A stretch of 64,000 bases of DNA, taken from Candidatus Doudnabacteria bacterium. GTDB taxonomy: Bacteria; Patescibacteriota; Doudnabacteria; UBA920. The position numbers and the translations under genes were made by a program. The notes under the pieces are model-generated. The model was not told the origin of the DNA. It ran no database searches and was given only the letters and a program-made list of their open reading frames with translations. Positions 55,571 through 64,000 of this stretch are shown here, piece after piece; the first letter of the stretch is position 1, and each line of letters opens with the position of its first letter. The stretch covers positions 766,305 through 830,304 of the forward strand of contig CAVYGQ010000001.1 in the NCBI GenBank assembly GCA_963768175.1, written 5' to 3'.

Positions 55571-55706
55571 AATCCGAAACACGAAATACGAAATTCGAAA
55601 CAAATCCGAATTTCTAAATTCAAATGTTTTAAGCCCAGGTTTTGAATCTCTGATTTATAATTTAGATATTGTTTCGGATTTCGATATTTGGATTTCGGAT
55701 TTAAAT
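55571..55706. repeat. Inverted array of degenerate heptamers (AAATCCG/AAATTCG ... CGGATTT)
   Basis: 7-nt periodicity with mirror symmetry. Confidence 0.75.
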
Positions 55707-55708
55707 CT

Positions 55709-55918
55709 ATGAACTCCACCCCAGCCAATTTACTCATCTCTGGCATCTACTACGTAGTTGTCGGTTTAATAAGCTTTCTGTCTTTGTTCGGCGTCTATAT
55801 TTTACTCCGCTACGGGAAATCCGTAATTTTTTCTTTGGCTTTGGCAATTTTATACGCGATATTTTTTTTGCAAATTTTAGCCGAAACCTACACAACCCTC
55901 CATACATTAATAAGCTGA
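55709..55918 (+). CDS. Small membrane protein (2 TM)
   Basis: Two hydrophobic segments around RYG. Confidence 0.65.
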   Translation: MNSTPANLLISGIYYVVVGLISFLSLFGVYILLRYGKSVIFSLALAILYAIFFLQILAETYTTLHTLIS

Positions 55919-56033
55919 TACCGATATACCAATTCATACGGATGAGACTGATAATACGGATTACTGGCACCAAAGTGTATCAGTATTATCCGTATCGTCA
56001 GTATTACAATCCGTATATCAGTATCATAAAACA

Positions 56034-56588
56034 ATGCCACACAAACTTTTTCCCAGCCAGCAAAGCGACGAAACAATCTATTTGGTGGTGCGCGAGCACT
56101 GGGTGCACTTACTATTAAAAGTTTTGGTCTGGGTTTTTTTCGCCGCGATTTTAGTGGTATTTAACCACTTCTCCCAATCTACCTTTCCCGCCTTAACCCA
56201 AGGGGTAATAGGCCAGGGAGTTTTACTGATTACCCAAATTTACACCATGCTTTTGGTTTTGAGCCTGTTTTTAATTTTTGTTTTTTGGTACCTGAATATC
56301 CAAATAATAACTAGCATCCGCGTGGTAGATGTAAGCCAGGAGGGGCTGTTTGACCACGTTGTTTCCGAACTGCATATAGATAAAATTGAGGATGCCACCA
56401 GCCAGACCGCCGGCATTTTGGGCACAATTTTTAACTACGGAAATGTTTTTGTCCAAACGGCGGGCACGGTGGAGCGTTTTGAATTCCACCACGTGCCGGA
56501 CCCGGCGGCCATAGAAAAAATGGTTCTGGACCTCTACGAAAAAAATTCCAATCTTGCCAAATCAGCGGCGGCGGGGGCGCAAAGTTAG
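56034..56588 (+). CDS. Membrane protein with bacterial PH (bPH_2-like) domain
   Basis: R.HW, 2 TM, IIT..RVV...Q.GLF, KI.D, FNYG.V.VQTAG, VP.P. Confidence 0.82.
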   Translation: MPHKLFPSQQSDETIYLVVREHWVHLLLKVLVWVFFAAILVVFNHFSQSTFPALTQGVIGQGVLLITQIYTMLLVLSLFLIFVFWYLNIQIITSIRVVDVSQEGLFDHVVSELHIDKIEDATSQTAGILGTIFNYGNVFVQTAGTVERFEFHHVPDPAAIEKMVLDLYEKNSNLAKSAAAGAQS

Positions 56589-56611
56589 TTATCAATTAAC
56601 AATTATCAATT

Positions 56612-57064
56612 ATGACGACCGTAGCAATTTCCGGCGGGTTTGACCCCATCCACGTCGGCCATATTGAATTGATGCAGGAAGCCAAGGCCCTTGGCGACCG
56701 CTTGGTTGTGATTTTAAACAACAATAACTGGCTGATGAAAAAAAAGGGCTTTGTGTTTATGGACGAAAAAGAGCGGGCGGCTATTATAAAAGCCGTAAAG
56801 TATGTTGATGATGTGTTAATTACCAGTCATCCGGAAAATCCCGATGATATGTCGGTTAGCAGCGAGTTAGAGAAACTCAAACCCGATATTTTTGCCAATG
56901 GTGGCGATAGAAACGAAGCAGACGCGGCAAACCCACAATCATCGCTCTATAAAGATATTAAAACTTGCGAACGCATAGGAATTAAGATAGTCTACAATGT
57001 CGGCAAAAGCGGCAAAATCCAAAGCTCCAGCGATTTGGTAAAACGGGTAAGAGAAAACAAATAA
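56612..57064 (+). CDS. Cytidylyltransferase-like nucleotidyltransferase (TagD/RibL type)
   Basis: SGGFDPIHVGH, FANGGDR, KIQSSS. Confidence 0.88.
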   Translation: MTTVAISGGFDPIHVGHIELMQEAKALGDRLVVILNNNNWLMKKKGFVFMDEKERAAIIKAVKYVDDVLITSHPENPDDMSVSSELEKLKPDIFANGGDRNEADAANPQSSLYKDIKTCERIGIKIVYNVGKSGKIQSSSDLVKRVRENK

Positions 57065-57179
57065 TCCTGTTGGCGTCATTCTGATCCGCCGGAGGCGGAG
57101 AAGAATCTCAAAAAAATCAAGGCCGGGAAGCGCGCAAGCGCCCCGGCCTTTTGCTACTTTTGTCATGGCATCCTCCTTT

Positions 57180-58298
57180 TTACCACGGCAGATGGAATTG
57201 CGGTTTGAACCCCAAACCCTCCAGCCATGGCACGCCTTCTTTAAAAGAGAGTGTGTAGACAGGAAATTGGGGTTGTCCGCCGATTGATGTATACCCGCCG
57301 ACCGCTGTGGAACAATCAAGGGTAAACAGACAGCCGCCGCCGCGCGCGCAGTGGGCGGAACGGTCAAAGTGTTCGCGCGTGGAAAACCAAACCAACGAAC
57401 CTGGTAGTGCCAAGAAATACAAAGCACCAACAAGTTCGTACTCGTCATCCACATAAGGAACAGCATTGATCTGAGTGTTCGGCCCCGGCTTCCATCGAGG
57501 CATCCCGAATATCACATTTGCGCCATACTCATTGGAGAGATACTGCGCGTGCTCAATGGTTGCCAGTGCTTCAAACCGCCAGTCCGCTAATCCTCCTAAA
57601 AAAGCGAGACCGACAGTCTTGATACCGCCCTGAAGTGCTCTGTCATGAGCGTCGAGACGATATTCAAAGTTGGATTTGGGTCCGCAGGGATGTTTTTCGC
57701 GATAAACTTCTGGCAGGTAAGTTTCTTGCCAAACAATCGCAAAGGTACAACCTGCGGCTTCAAGTTGGCGGTAGTCTTTCGCCTCCTGAAGCGGGAAGAA
57801 ATTGATGCCGACATTTTTCGTCCCAGCATCATTTACCGCCTGCACGAACTGGGCGGCCCTTTCCGCCTTCAGTAGTTCCGAGTCAGTTGCAGCAACTAAC
57901 TCAATATCACCGTAACCGAGACTAAGAAGGTGTTGGGCTTCGGCCCTGGTTTCTTCAACCGTTAGCCGCCGAACCTGCTCTGTTGGAACATTCCTGTTCC
58001 GCCAAGGACAGTAGACACAATGGTCAAGGCAGCCACCGCGCTTGGGGTCGCCGCCGCTGATGTAAAGTGGCGGCATCAAAAATAACCTACCGCCCCACTT
58101 TTTGGTTCGCCGGGCTACTGCCTCCTCAATAATCCGATACCGAAGCATAGGATTTGAAAAAGCCGCAACCAGTGCCGCAACCTGTCGCAATAACAGGTCG
58201 GGTTCACCAAGAATCTCTTCTACCTCCATCGAGTTGGGTACAGACCGATGCAGAAGAGAAAAGATTGAACCCGGATCAAAAACCTTGCTAAACATCAT
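57180..58298 (-). CDS. Radical SAM enzyme, ThiH/HydG/NosL (aromatic amino acid lyase)-like
   Basis: PLYIS...CLDHCVYC, QETY, Y...HP.GPK....RL, L.GL.DWRFE, STRE, GGY...QF. Confidence 0.82.
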   Translation of the reverse strand: MMFSKVFDPGSIFSLLHRSVPNSMEVEEILGEPDLLLRQVAALVAAFSNPMLRYRIIEEAVARRTKKWGGRLFLMPPLYISGGDPKRGGCLDHCVYCPWRNRNVPTEQVRRLTVEETRAEAQHLLSLGYGDIELVAATDSELLKAERAAQFVQAVNDAGTKNVGINFFPLQEAKDYRQLEAAGCTFAIVWQETYLPEVYREKHPCGPKSNFEYRLDAHDRALQGGIKTVGLAFLGGLADWRFEALATIEHAQYLSNEYGANVIFGMPRWKPGPNTQINAVPYVDDEYELVGALYFLALPGSLVWFSTREHFDRSAHCARGGGCLFTLDCSTAVGGYTSIGGQPQFPVYTLSFKEGVPWLEGLGFKPQFHLPW

Positions 58299-59050
58299 CC
58301 TCTCCTGTAAAGCCCTGCGAGCATGCGAAGGTCGTCGTAGTTAGCGGTTACCACCTCTTCAAACCATGCATGCGTCATACGCCTATGAAGCTGGTCTGGA
58401 GTTGGTTTGTAAGAGACGAGGAGATCCTCGCCTTCACAGGCTATGTGCATCGTGGCAGTCTGATCATCATACCAGACACAGATGTTGCCGGCGTCCACCT
58501 TATGCCCGCTTTGCGAAAGCAATTCAAACACTGGCGGGATAAGATAAGAATCAAACATTCGGTCGTGTGGCTGTTCAACGGTTAGGAGAAACAAGTCTTC
58601 TTTTTCCATCACCTGATAAGTGTTCTCATCCATCTGATGATTAGAAAAAATAACGCCGTTTGCCACGAGAATAATCAGCACCGGCCCGCCAGCTTCCATC
58701 GCTAATCTGATGAGACCACAAGGAATCTCAACATCTTTTGCGATGGCCAAAAAATCTACATTCGGGTATTGAACTTGCAGATTCTGACGCGACCGTTCAA
58801 CGACCCCTGGAACGATATCATTGAGTACATATTCCTGAATTCCGGGTATGGCGTTCACGATGGCGGGCACTTCCCGCCCCGTGGAGCTGGCCAGATGCAG
58901 CACGCTCAGTATTCTGGGAACATAGGCGGCTACGGCTGGCAGAAAGCGTATTAAGGCAGCGAGTTCGCGCTGCCCCAAATCATACTTAGGGTGGCCGGCA
59001 ATCGCCTGCCAAAGACCATCTTTATACAACAATTTTGTCTGCATTGTCAC
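58295..59050 (-). CDS. SAM-dependent methyltransferase, EgtD-like (short, divergent)
   Basis: Y....W..I..HP.Y.....E...L N-terminal pattern, LHLASSTGRE motif-I-like; 4-nt ATGA overlap with the radical SAM gene. Confidence 0.55.
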   Translation of the reverse strand: MTMQTKLLYKDGLWQAIAGHPKYDLGQRELAALIRFLPAVAAYVPRILSVLHLASSTGREVPAIVNAIPGIQEYVLNDIVPGVVERSRQNLQVQYPNVDFLAIAKDVEIPCGLIRLAMEAGGPVLIILVANGVIFSNHQMDENTYQVMEKEDLFLLTVEQPHDRMFDSYLIPPVFELLSQSGHKVDAGNICVWYDDQTATMHIACEGEDLLVSYKPTPDQLHRRMTHAWFEEVVTANYDDLRMLAGLYRRG

Positions 59051-59246
59051 TCCTTTAAATTGACCAATAAATATACTTCATTTGTCAATAATTATCTTAT
59101 GATTGGGTTAAAAATTGACTTTTTGCCAAATTTAAGCTATAATATAACCATAAATCATCATAATTTTTTGACGATAATAGACAATTCATTATTTCTCTCC
59201 TCCTTTGGGGGAGATGCCCCGCCAAAGGCGGGGCAGAGAGGGTTTT

Positions 59247-60017
59247 ATGGTTAACGATAATCAAATCCAGCCCATTTTAGCCGGCCTTGGGCTGGATCAG
59301 CTGGAAATTAACTGCTATCTAGGCCTGCTTAAAAAAAGCCCGCAACGGGCTTCGGAGCTAGCCAAAAAATTTGAGGCCCCGAAGGCTACGGTTTTGGTGG
59401 CGCTTTACCGACTTAGCGATCGCTTTGGCATTATCAGGCGCACCAAACAAAAAAACAGCTTCCTGTTTTGGGTGGAAGATGTAAACGACTTATTGAATTA
59501 TGCCAGCAGGCAGGAGCAAAAATTATCAGAAAATAAAAAAACCATTGGGCGGCTATTGCCGGAGCTGCGCGCGATGATGAATTTGGACGCGGTCAAACCG
59601 CAAATTTCCTATTATGAAGGCAAGGAAGGATTAAAAAAAGCTTTTGAGTCGGTTTTGGAAGAAGCTGATGAAATTATTGGCTATGGCAGTAACGAGGACG
59701 ACATAAAATATCTGCCCGATCTTTACCCAAACTATTACGAACGAAGGGTCAAAAGGAAAATTCCAGTTAAGGCGATTATTCCCGCCACGGATTTTAATGT
59801 TAAAATTTTTTCCAATAACATTAAAGAATTAAGAAACGCGCATCTGATACCAAAGGAGTTTAATTACCCAATCCAAGTCAACATTTACAAACACACCGCC
59901 GTATTTTATTCCTTTGAAGAAAGTTTCGCGCTCATAATAAAAAGCCGGCCCATTGCCGACTGCCTGAAAAAAATATTTGAATTGGCTTTTGACAAAGCCG
60001 GGGAAACAAAAAATTAA
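59247..60017 (+). CDS. TrmB-family transcriptional regulator
   Basis: LGL...E..CYL.LL HTH, LLPEL, KP.I.YYEG.EG.K, R.KRKI.VKAI, F.L.F. Confidence 0.85.
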   Translation: MVNDNQIQPILAGLGLDQLEINCYLGLLKKSPQRASELAKKFEAPKATVLVALYRLSDRFGIIRRTKQKNSFLFWVEDVNDLLNYASRQEQKLSENKKTIGRLLPELRAMMNLDAVKPQISYYEGKEGLKKAFESVLEEADEIIGYGSNEDDIKYLPDLYPNYYERRVKRKIPVKAIIPATDFNVKIFSNNIKELRNAHLIPKEFNYPIQVNIYKHTAVFYSFEESFALIIKSRPIADCLKKIFELAFDKAGETKN

Positions 60018-60021
60018 AACC

Positions 60022-60747
60022 TTAACGGATAACTTTCCACTCTTCGTCCGCGGAGCGGTTTAGAAAAACCAGCGAGAGCCAGTTGGCGGTCCATTGCCAC
60101 AAAAGTTTTGGCCAGCCTATGGCATGAGGCCTCCGACCAGTATGATAAAGAAGAAGTTTGGGGTCGGTCTTGGTGCGGCCGACTTTGGCCAGGCGGCGTG
60201 GCAAATCCTGGTCTTCATCCACAGCAAGATCTTCGCGATAGCCGCCGACTTTGTTAAAATCCGCCCTGCGCATCATCGCAAACTCGCCACAGCCGGCGCC
60301 GGTCTTTAAAATATTATTGTATAACACCAATGACCAGTTGGTTAAAATGCCGTAACCGATTTTATCACCCAGCGTTTCCATTCCCTTAAACACCTTTAGC
60401 CAACCACTTAAGGCCGCAAGTTTTTGATCGGCTTCAAAGTGCTTAACGGCTCGGGTAAAAAATCTGTCCGGCTCCGGTACATAAATATCGGCGTCCAAAA
60501 ATACCAAAAATTCCCCTAAGGCTTGCCTTGCCCCTAAATTTTTGGCCTGTCCGATGGTCTGCCGCTTTTGACCATCATAAATCACTATTTTGTCCGTATA
60601 GCGCTGCGCTATTTGCGCGGTTTGGTCTTTGCTTCCGCCATCGGAAACTATAATTTCATAATCAAAAGCGATTATGGTTTTTAAATTTTTCAGCAACTTT
60701 TCTATAACTTTTTCTTCCTGCAATGTCGGAATAACAAAAGATATCAT
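60022..60747 (-). CDS. Glycosyltransferase family 2
   Basis: SFVIPT..EE, DGGS.D.T, N.GA, FLDAD, GGY, ED. Confidence 0.92.
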   Translation of the reverse strand: MISFVIPTLQEEKVIEKLLKNLKTIIAFDYEIIVSDGGSKDQTAQIAQRYTDKIVIYDGQKRQTIGQAKNLGARQALGEFLVFLDADIYVPEPDRFFTRAVKHFEADQKLAALSGWLKVFKGMETLGDKIGYGILTNWSLVLYNNILKTGAGCGEFAMMRRADFNKVGGYREDLAVDEDQDLPRRLAKVGRTKTDPKLLLYHTGRRPHAIGWPKLLWQWTANWLSLVFLNRSADEEWKVIR

Positions 60748-61352
60748 ATTTTGCTTTTTAGTAATAATGTCTTAAAGTACCGCCCGCCGCCGTAAATCAA
60801 CCCCATCATCAAAACCACCAAGCCGACGATAAACACAACCTTAAAGCCTTTATTTAACACCGCATAGAGATTGCCGAAAAAATATCCCAAAGACAGCAAA
60901 ATACCGGTCCAAATAAACCCGCCCAAAAGATTAAACAGCGCGTACCGCCTAAACGGTATGCGGACAATCCCCGCGGTAAGCAGGGTAGCTACGGCAAAGC
61001 CAAGCCCCATAGTAATTTTGGAAATAAACAAAATTTTATCCTGGTGCTTATGAAAAAAAATTTCCAGCTTTTCCAACACTTCCGGCGTCAGACTAAAATA
61101 TCTTCCAAAGCGGTCCACAAAGCGCCGCCCGCCGTAAAAGCCGACCCAATACCAAACCAAGTCCGCGACAAAATCCCCGAACATTAAAGACAAATATATC
61201 GGCCAAAAATAAAAAAAGTTCAGCCGCAATAAAATGCCGCTGGCCACCATAACCATGGGTCCCTCAACAATGGCTAATACAAAAGTCAGCAAGTAGCGGT
61301 AATACGCCAGGCCGGCGAGAAAATTTTGAAAAGCCCCAAATACAAAATTCAT
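60744..61352 (-). CDS. DedA/VTT-domain membrane protein
   Basis: EGP, GD..AD..WY..G..GG, AG, GYFFG. Confidence 0.9.
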   Translation of the reverse strand: MNFVFGAFQNFLAGLAYYRYLLTFVLAIVEGPMVMVASGILLRLNFFYFWPIYLSLMFGDFVADLVWYWVGFYGGRRFVDRFGRYFSLTPEVLEKLEIFFHKHQDKILFISKITMGLGFAVATLLTAGIVRIPFRRYALFNLLGGFIWTGILLSLGYFFGNLYAVLNKGFKVVFIVGLVVLMMGLIYGGGRYFKTLLLKSKI

Positions 61353-61362
61353 AATTTAAAAA

Positions 61363-61710
61363 CTACATTTCCACGTAAATCGCGTAGACCGCCCGCTGGC
61401 CCAAAACCTCGTTTAGCGCCGTAATTATCCGTTCTGCCATTAGCTTTATTTTATAAGCTGTCTCGCGCGACAGACAGGCAACAGTTAAAACACCTCTATT
61501 AAAATCCACCGCTTGGGTTTGACTTTGGGCTTCTTCTACGAAACCGGAAATAACTTTCTGCCAACATTGCAACACTTTATGGCGATAAAAGGCATTTTCT
61601 AAATGATACTCCCTGGCGGTATTTTTTAAAAGCCTGCCTATTGGTATAAACCCGCCTTGCCTGATGGCAGTCGAGGCGGGGCCTTTGTGGAAATTTTGTT
61701 TCGTAACCAT
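61363..61710 (-). CDS. DUF721/DciA-like protein
   Basis: W......T.A.....GVL.V......A......I...LN pattern, directly downstream of recF. Confidence 0.75.
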   Translation of the reverse strand: MVTKQNFHKGPASTAIRQGGFIPIGRLLKNTAREYHLENAFYRHKVLQCWQKVISGFVEEAQSQTQAVDFNRGVLTVACLSRETAYKIKLMAERIITALNEVLGQRAVYAIYVEM

Positions 61711-61730
61711 TTTAATATTGGCCAGGTTTT

Positions 61731-62825
61731 TTAATTTGTTTCCACTTCCTCTTCTTCCAGCGCAGGAGTTAAGGTTATATGCTGGGCAGGCATTTCCAAG
61801 GGATAAGTGGTAGTAATAAACGTCTGAAATTTGCCTTGCAAATATTTAAGCAAAAATGTGCGCCGGGTTTCGTCCAGTTCGGAAAGCACGTCGTCTAAAA
61901 GTAAAACCGGCTTTTCTTCCCCACGGCTTAAAAATTCCAACTCCAAAATTTTTAAAGCCAGCACTTGGCTGCGCAATTCGCCCCGGGAAGAAAATGGGGA
62001 CAAAAACAGGCCGTCGCTTTTTAAGGAAAAATCGTCGCGGTGGGGGCCAACCAGGCAAGTAGCCAAAAACGCCTCTTTTTTGGCGAAAGTTGCCAGCTTC
62101 TCTCTGAAACTTTGGGTTATTTCTTCCGAAGTGTCCCCTGATAGGGTATCATAAGCCACTTCCACGGGCCGATGGAAACCAGAAATGGTAGTGTAAATTT
62201 CCGCCATACTGGTATTTAAAAAGCTAATAAGCTTTTTTCGCTCCAAAATTATGCCGCTGCCAAGAGCAATTAGCTGTTCGTTCCATTCCGCCAAATCTTC
62301 CCCTTGGCTCCTCCCAGCTTTTATATCCTGCAAAAGGCGGGTTTTTTGGAATAAGGCTTTTTTATATTTTCCCAGCGCGTCCAAGTATTCCAAATTCTTT
62401 TGAGCTAACACCATATTTAAATACTTGCGGCGCGATTCTGGCGGTTTGTTAAACATGTCCACGTCCGTAGGGTCAAATATTACCACGCTTAAAAAGCCCT
62501 GGGCATCACGGCGTTTCTTTTTTATTCCGTCAATTAAAAAATTGGCGTAAATTTTGTCCCGCCTTTCCAAATAAATGGCCAAAGAGTGAGTTTGACCTTC
62601 CTTTTCCAAAACCAATTTCAGTTCAAGGCTGGCCGCATCCTTTAAAAAAATAAATTCCGTGTCGTCGCGAAAAGACTTAAACAAGGAGGCAAAATATACT
62701 GACTCTAGCAAATTGGTTTTCCCTACTGCGTTTGGACCTGTTAGTACTACAATGTCGCTCTTTATTTCTATGTTTAATTCTGGATAATTACGGAAGTTCT
62801 TTATCTCAATATTTTTTATTCTCAT
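61731..62825 (-). CDS. recF: DNA replication/repair protein RecF
   Basis: NFRNY, GPNAVGKTN.LE, GPHRDD, S.GE.R, LLLDDVLSELD. Confidence 0.96.
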   Translation of the reverse strand: MRIKNIEIKNFRNYPELNIEIKSDIVVLTGPNAVGKTNLLESVYFASLFKSFRDDTEFIFLKDAASLELKLVLEKEGQTHSLAIYLERRDKIYANFLIDGIKKKRRDAQGFLSVVIFDPTDVDMFNKPPESRRKYLNMVLAQKNLEYLDALGKYKKALFQKTRLLQDIKAGRSQGEDLAEWNEQLIALGSGIILERKKLISFLNTSMAEIYTTISGFHRPVEVAYDTLSGDTSEEITQSFREKLATFAKKEAFLATCLVGPHRDDFSLKSDGLFLSPFSSRGELRSQVLALKILELEFLSRGEEKPVLLLDDVLSELDETRRTFLLKYLQGKFQTFITTTYPLEMPAQHITLTPALEEEEVETN

Positions 62826-62914
62826 ATAGCGGCCCTAATAACCGAATACATCCGAATGCCCCGACTTGGGCCCATTTCGGGTCGTTCGGGCACCGTTCGT
62901 AGATTCGGGTCAGT

Positions 62915-64000
62915 TTAACTTTTTATTGGCATTACTAAATAAATATAATCTTTCTTGCCCTCGGGCACAACCAGGCTTGGAGAATTATCGTCAGTCATTT
63001 TTATAATCACGCCTTTTGAGTCAATACTGCTCAAACAATCCAATAAATAATGATAATTTAGCACCAAAGAACCCCCTTTACCCTCAATCTTTGCCGGGAG
63101 CTCGACCGAGCTCTTCCCCAAATCCGGCGACTCAGCTGTTAAAACCATCTGCTGTTTTTCTTCGGAAAAACCCACATTAACACTATTACTGTTTTGCCCA
63201 AACACGGCGGCTGCCCGGAGGGCATTAACAAGCGGGGTCTTTTCGGTGACCGATGTAGTAATAAAGCTTGTGGGAATAATTTGCTGGTAATCTGGATACT
63301 GCCCGTCCACCAAACGGCTTATAATCTGGGTTTCGTTAAAATTAATGGCGGCTTGTGTCCCCGAAAATCGCATTTCCACCTCCCCTTTCTGGTTTCCGAT
63401 TATCCGGGAAAGTTCCACACAAGTTTTTTGGGGGATTATGGCTTCGATAATGCGCCCTAGGTTTTTAGACACCAAAATCCTTTTTTCTGCCAAGCGGTAG
63501 CGGTCAGTAGCCGCGATCCTTAAACCGTTTTCTTCGCACACAAAAAGTATTCCGGAAATTTCCGGCTGTGTTTGGTTGGTTGCTGCTGCAAACACCACTT
63601 GGTCTAAAGCGGTCTTTAGTTCTTGAGAGTTTATATTTAGTGTGTTCAGCCCCTCGACCTCGGGGATTAGCGGAAATTCGTCCGCTGGTAGGGTTTTTAT
63701 GTTTGTGTGGTAATTTTCCACCTCAACAAACAAGGTGTTTTCTTTTGTTTGAATGTTTATGTTTTTGTTTGGTAGATTATTAACCAACTCAACTAGTGTT
63801 TTGCTGGAAACGGTAACTGCGCCTTCTTCCTCAACCTTGCACCTAATATTATTAGTAATGGCAATTTCTAAGTTTGTCGCAGAAACTTTTAGCAACCCCC
63901 CCTCGTTTTTTAAAAGGAGGTTATTTAATATTGGGAGGGTGTTGGAGTTGGATATTATTCTCCCCACAACAGCGAGGCCGTTTTTTAGGTTTTCTTGTGT
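62915..64000 (-). CDS. dnaN: DNA polymerase III beta clamp (5' end beyond the window)
   Basis: TQENLKNGL..., LPIL.N, ATNLE, ATD.YRLAE, SRL.DG.YPDY, LVMPIK. Confidence 0.96.
   Translation of the reverse strand, partial: TQENLKNGLAVVGRIISNSNTLPILNNLLLKNEGGLLKVSATNLEIAITNNIRCKVEEEGAVTVSSKTLVELVNNLPNKNINIQTKENTLFVEVENYHTNIKTLPADEFPLIPEVEGLNTLNINSQELKTALDQVVFAAATNQTQPEISGILFVCEENGLRIAATDRYRLAEKRILVSKNLGRIIEAIIPQKTCVELSRIIGNQKGEVEMRFSGTQAAINFNETQIISRLVDGQYPDYQQIIPTSFITTSVTEKTPLVNALRAAAVFGQNSNSVNVGFSEEKQQMVLTAESPDLGKSSVELPAKIEGKGGSLVLNYHYLLDCLSSIDSKGVIIKMTDDNSPSLVVPEGKKDYIYLVMPIKS

Noticed and set aside
55571-56026. CRISPR array
   Set aside because: The repeats are degenerate heptamers and palindromes without unique spacers of constant length; no cas genes.

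Overview
Chromosomal window from a small-genome bacterium with Patescibacteria (CPR)-like hallmarks (compact ValS and TsaB, PilB/GspE ATPase, degenerate DHH protein, 'SPQVLG'-type exported proteins); the taxonomy is inferred, not proven. Standard genetic code. The backbone is housekeeping: valS, rpoB/rpoC, murE, FemAB-like, tsaB/tsaE, ruvA/ruvB, uvrB, rpsT, polA, recF and the 3' part of dnaN. It is interspersed with defence modules (two methyltransferase/nuclease pairs, two type II TA pairs, a RhuM-Fic gene), three paralogous exported proteins with a shared N-terminus and unrelated C-termini, and a ThiH-like radical SAM / EgtD-like methyltransferase pair beside a TrmB regulator. No rRNA, tRNA, CRISPR array or transposase was recognised. 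The most notable unexplained structure: (1) a ~520-nt promoter-to-terminator unit between ruvA and uvrB that folds almost entirely into nested multibranch helices and has no credible ORF (candidate large ncRNA); (2) two antisense cassettes wedged between rpoB and rpoC that share a promoter/leader and a ~100-nt covarying 3' RNA element with a tRNA-type T-loop but carry unrelated ORFs; (3) at least six families of short palindromic or heptameric repeats that fill the intergenic space and are also inserted in frame in many essential genes. All product calls come from motif recognition by eye and all RNA folds are manual; no database search or folding program was run.
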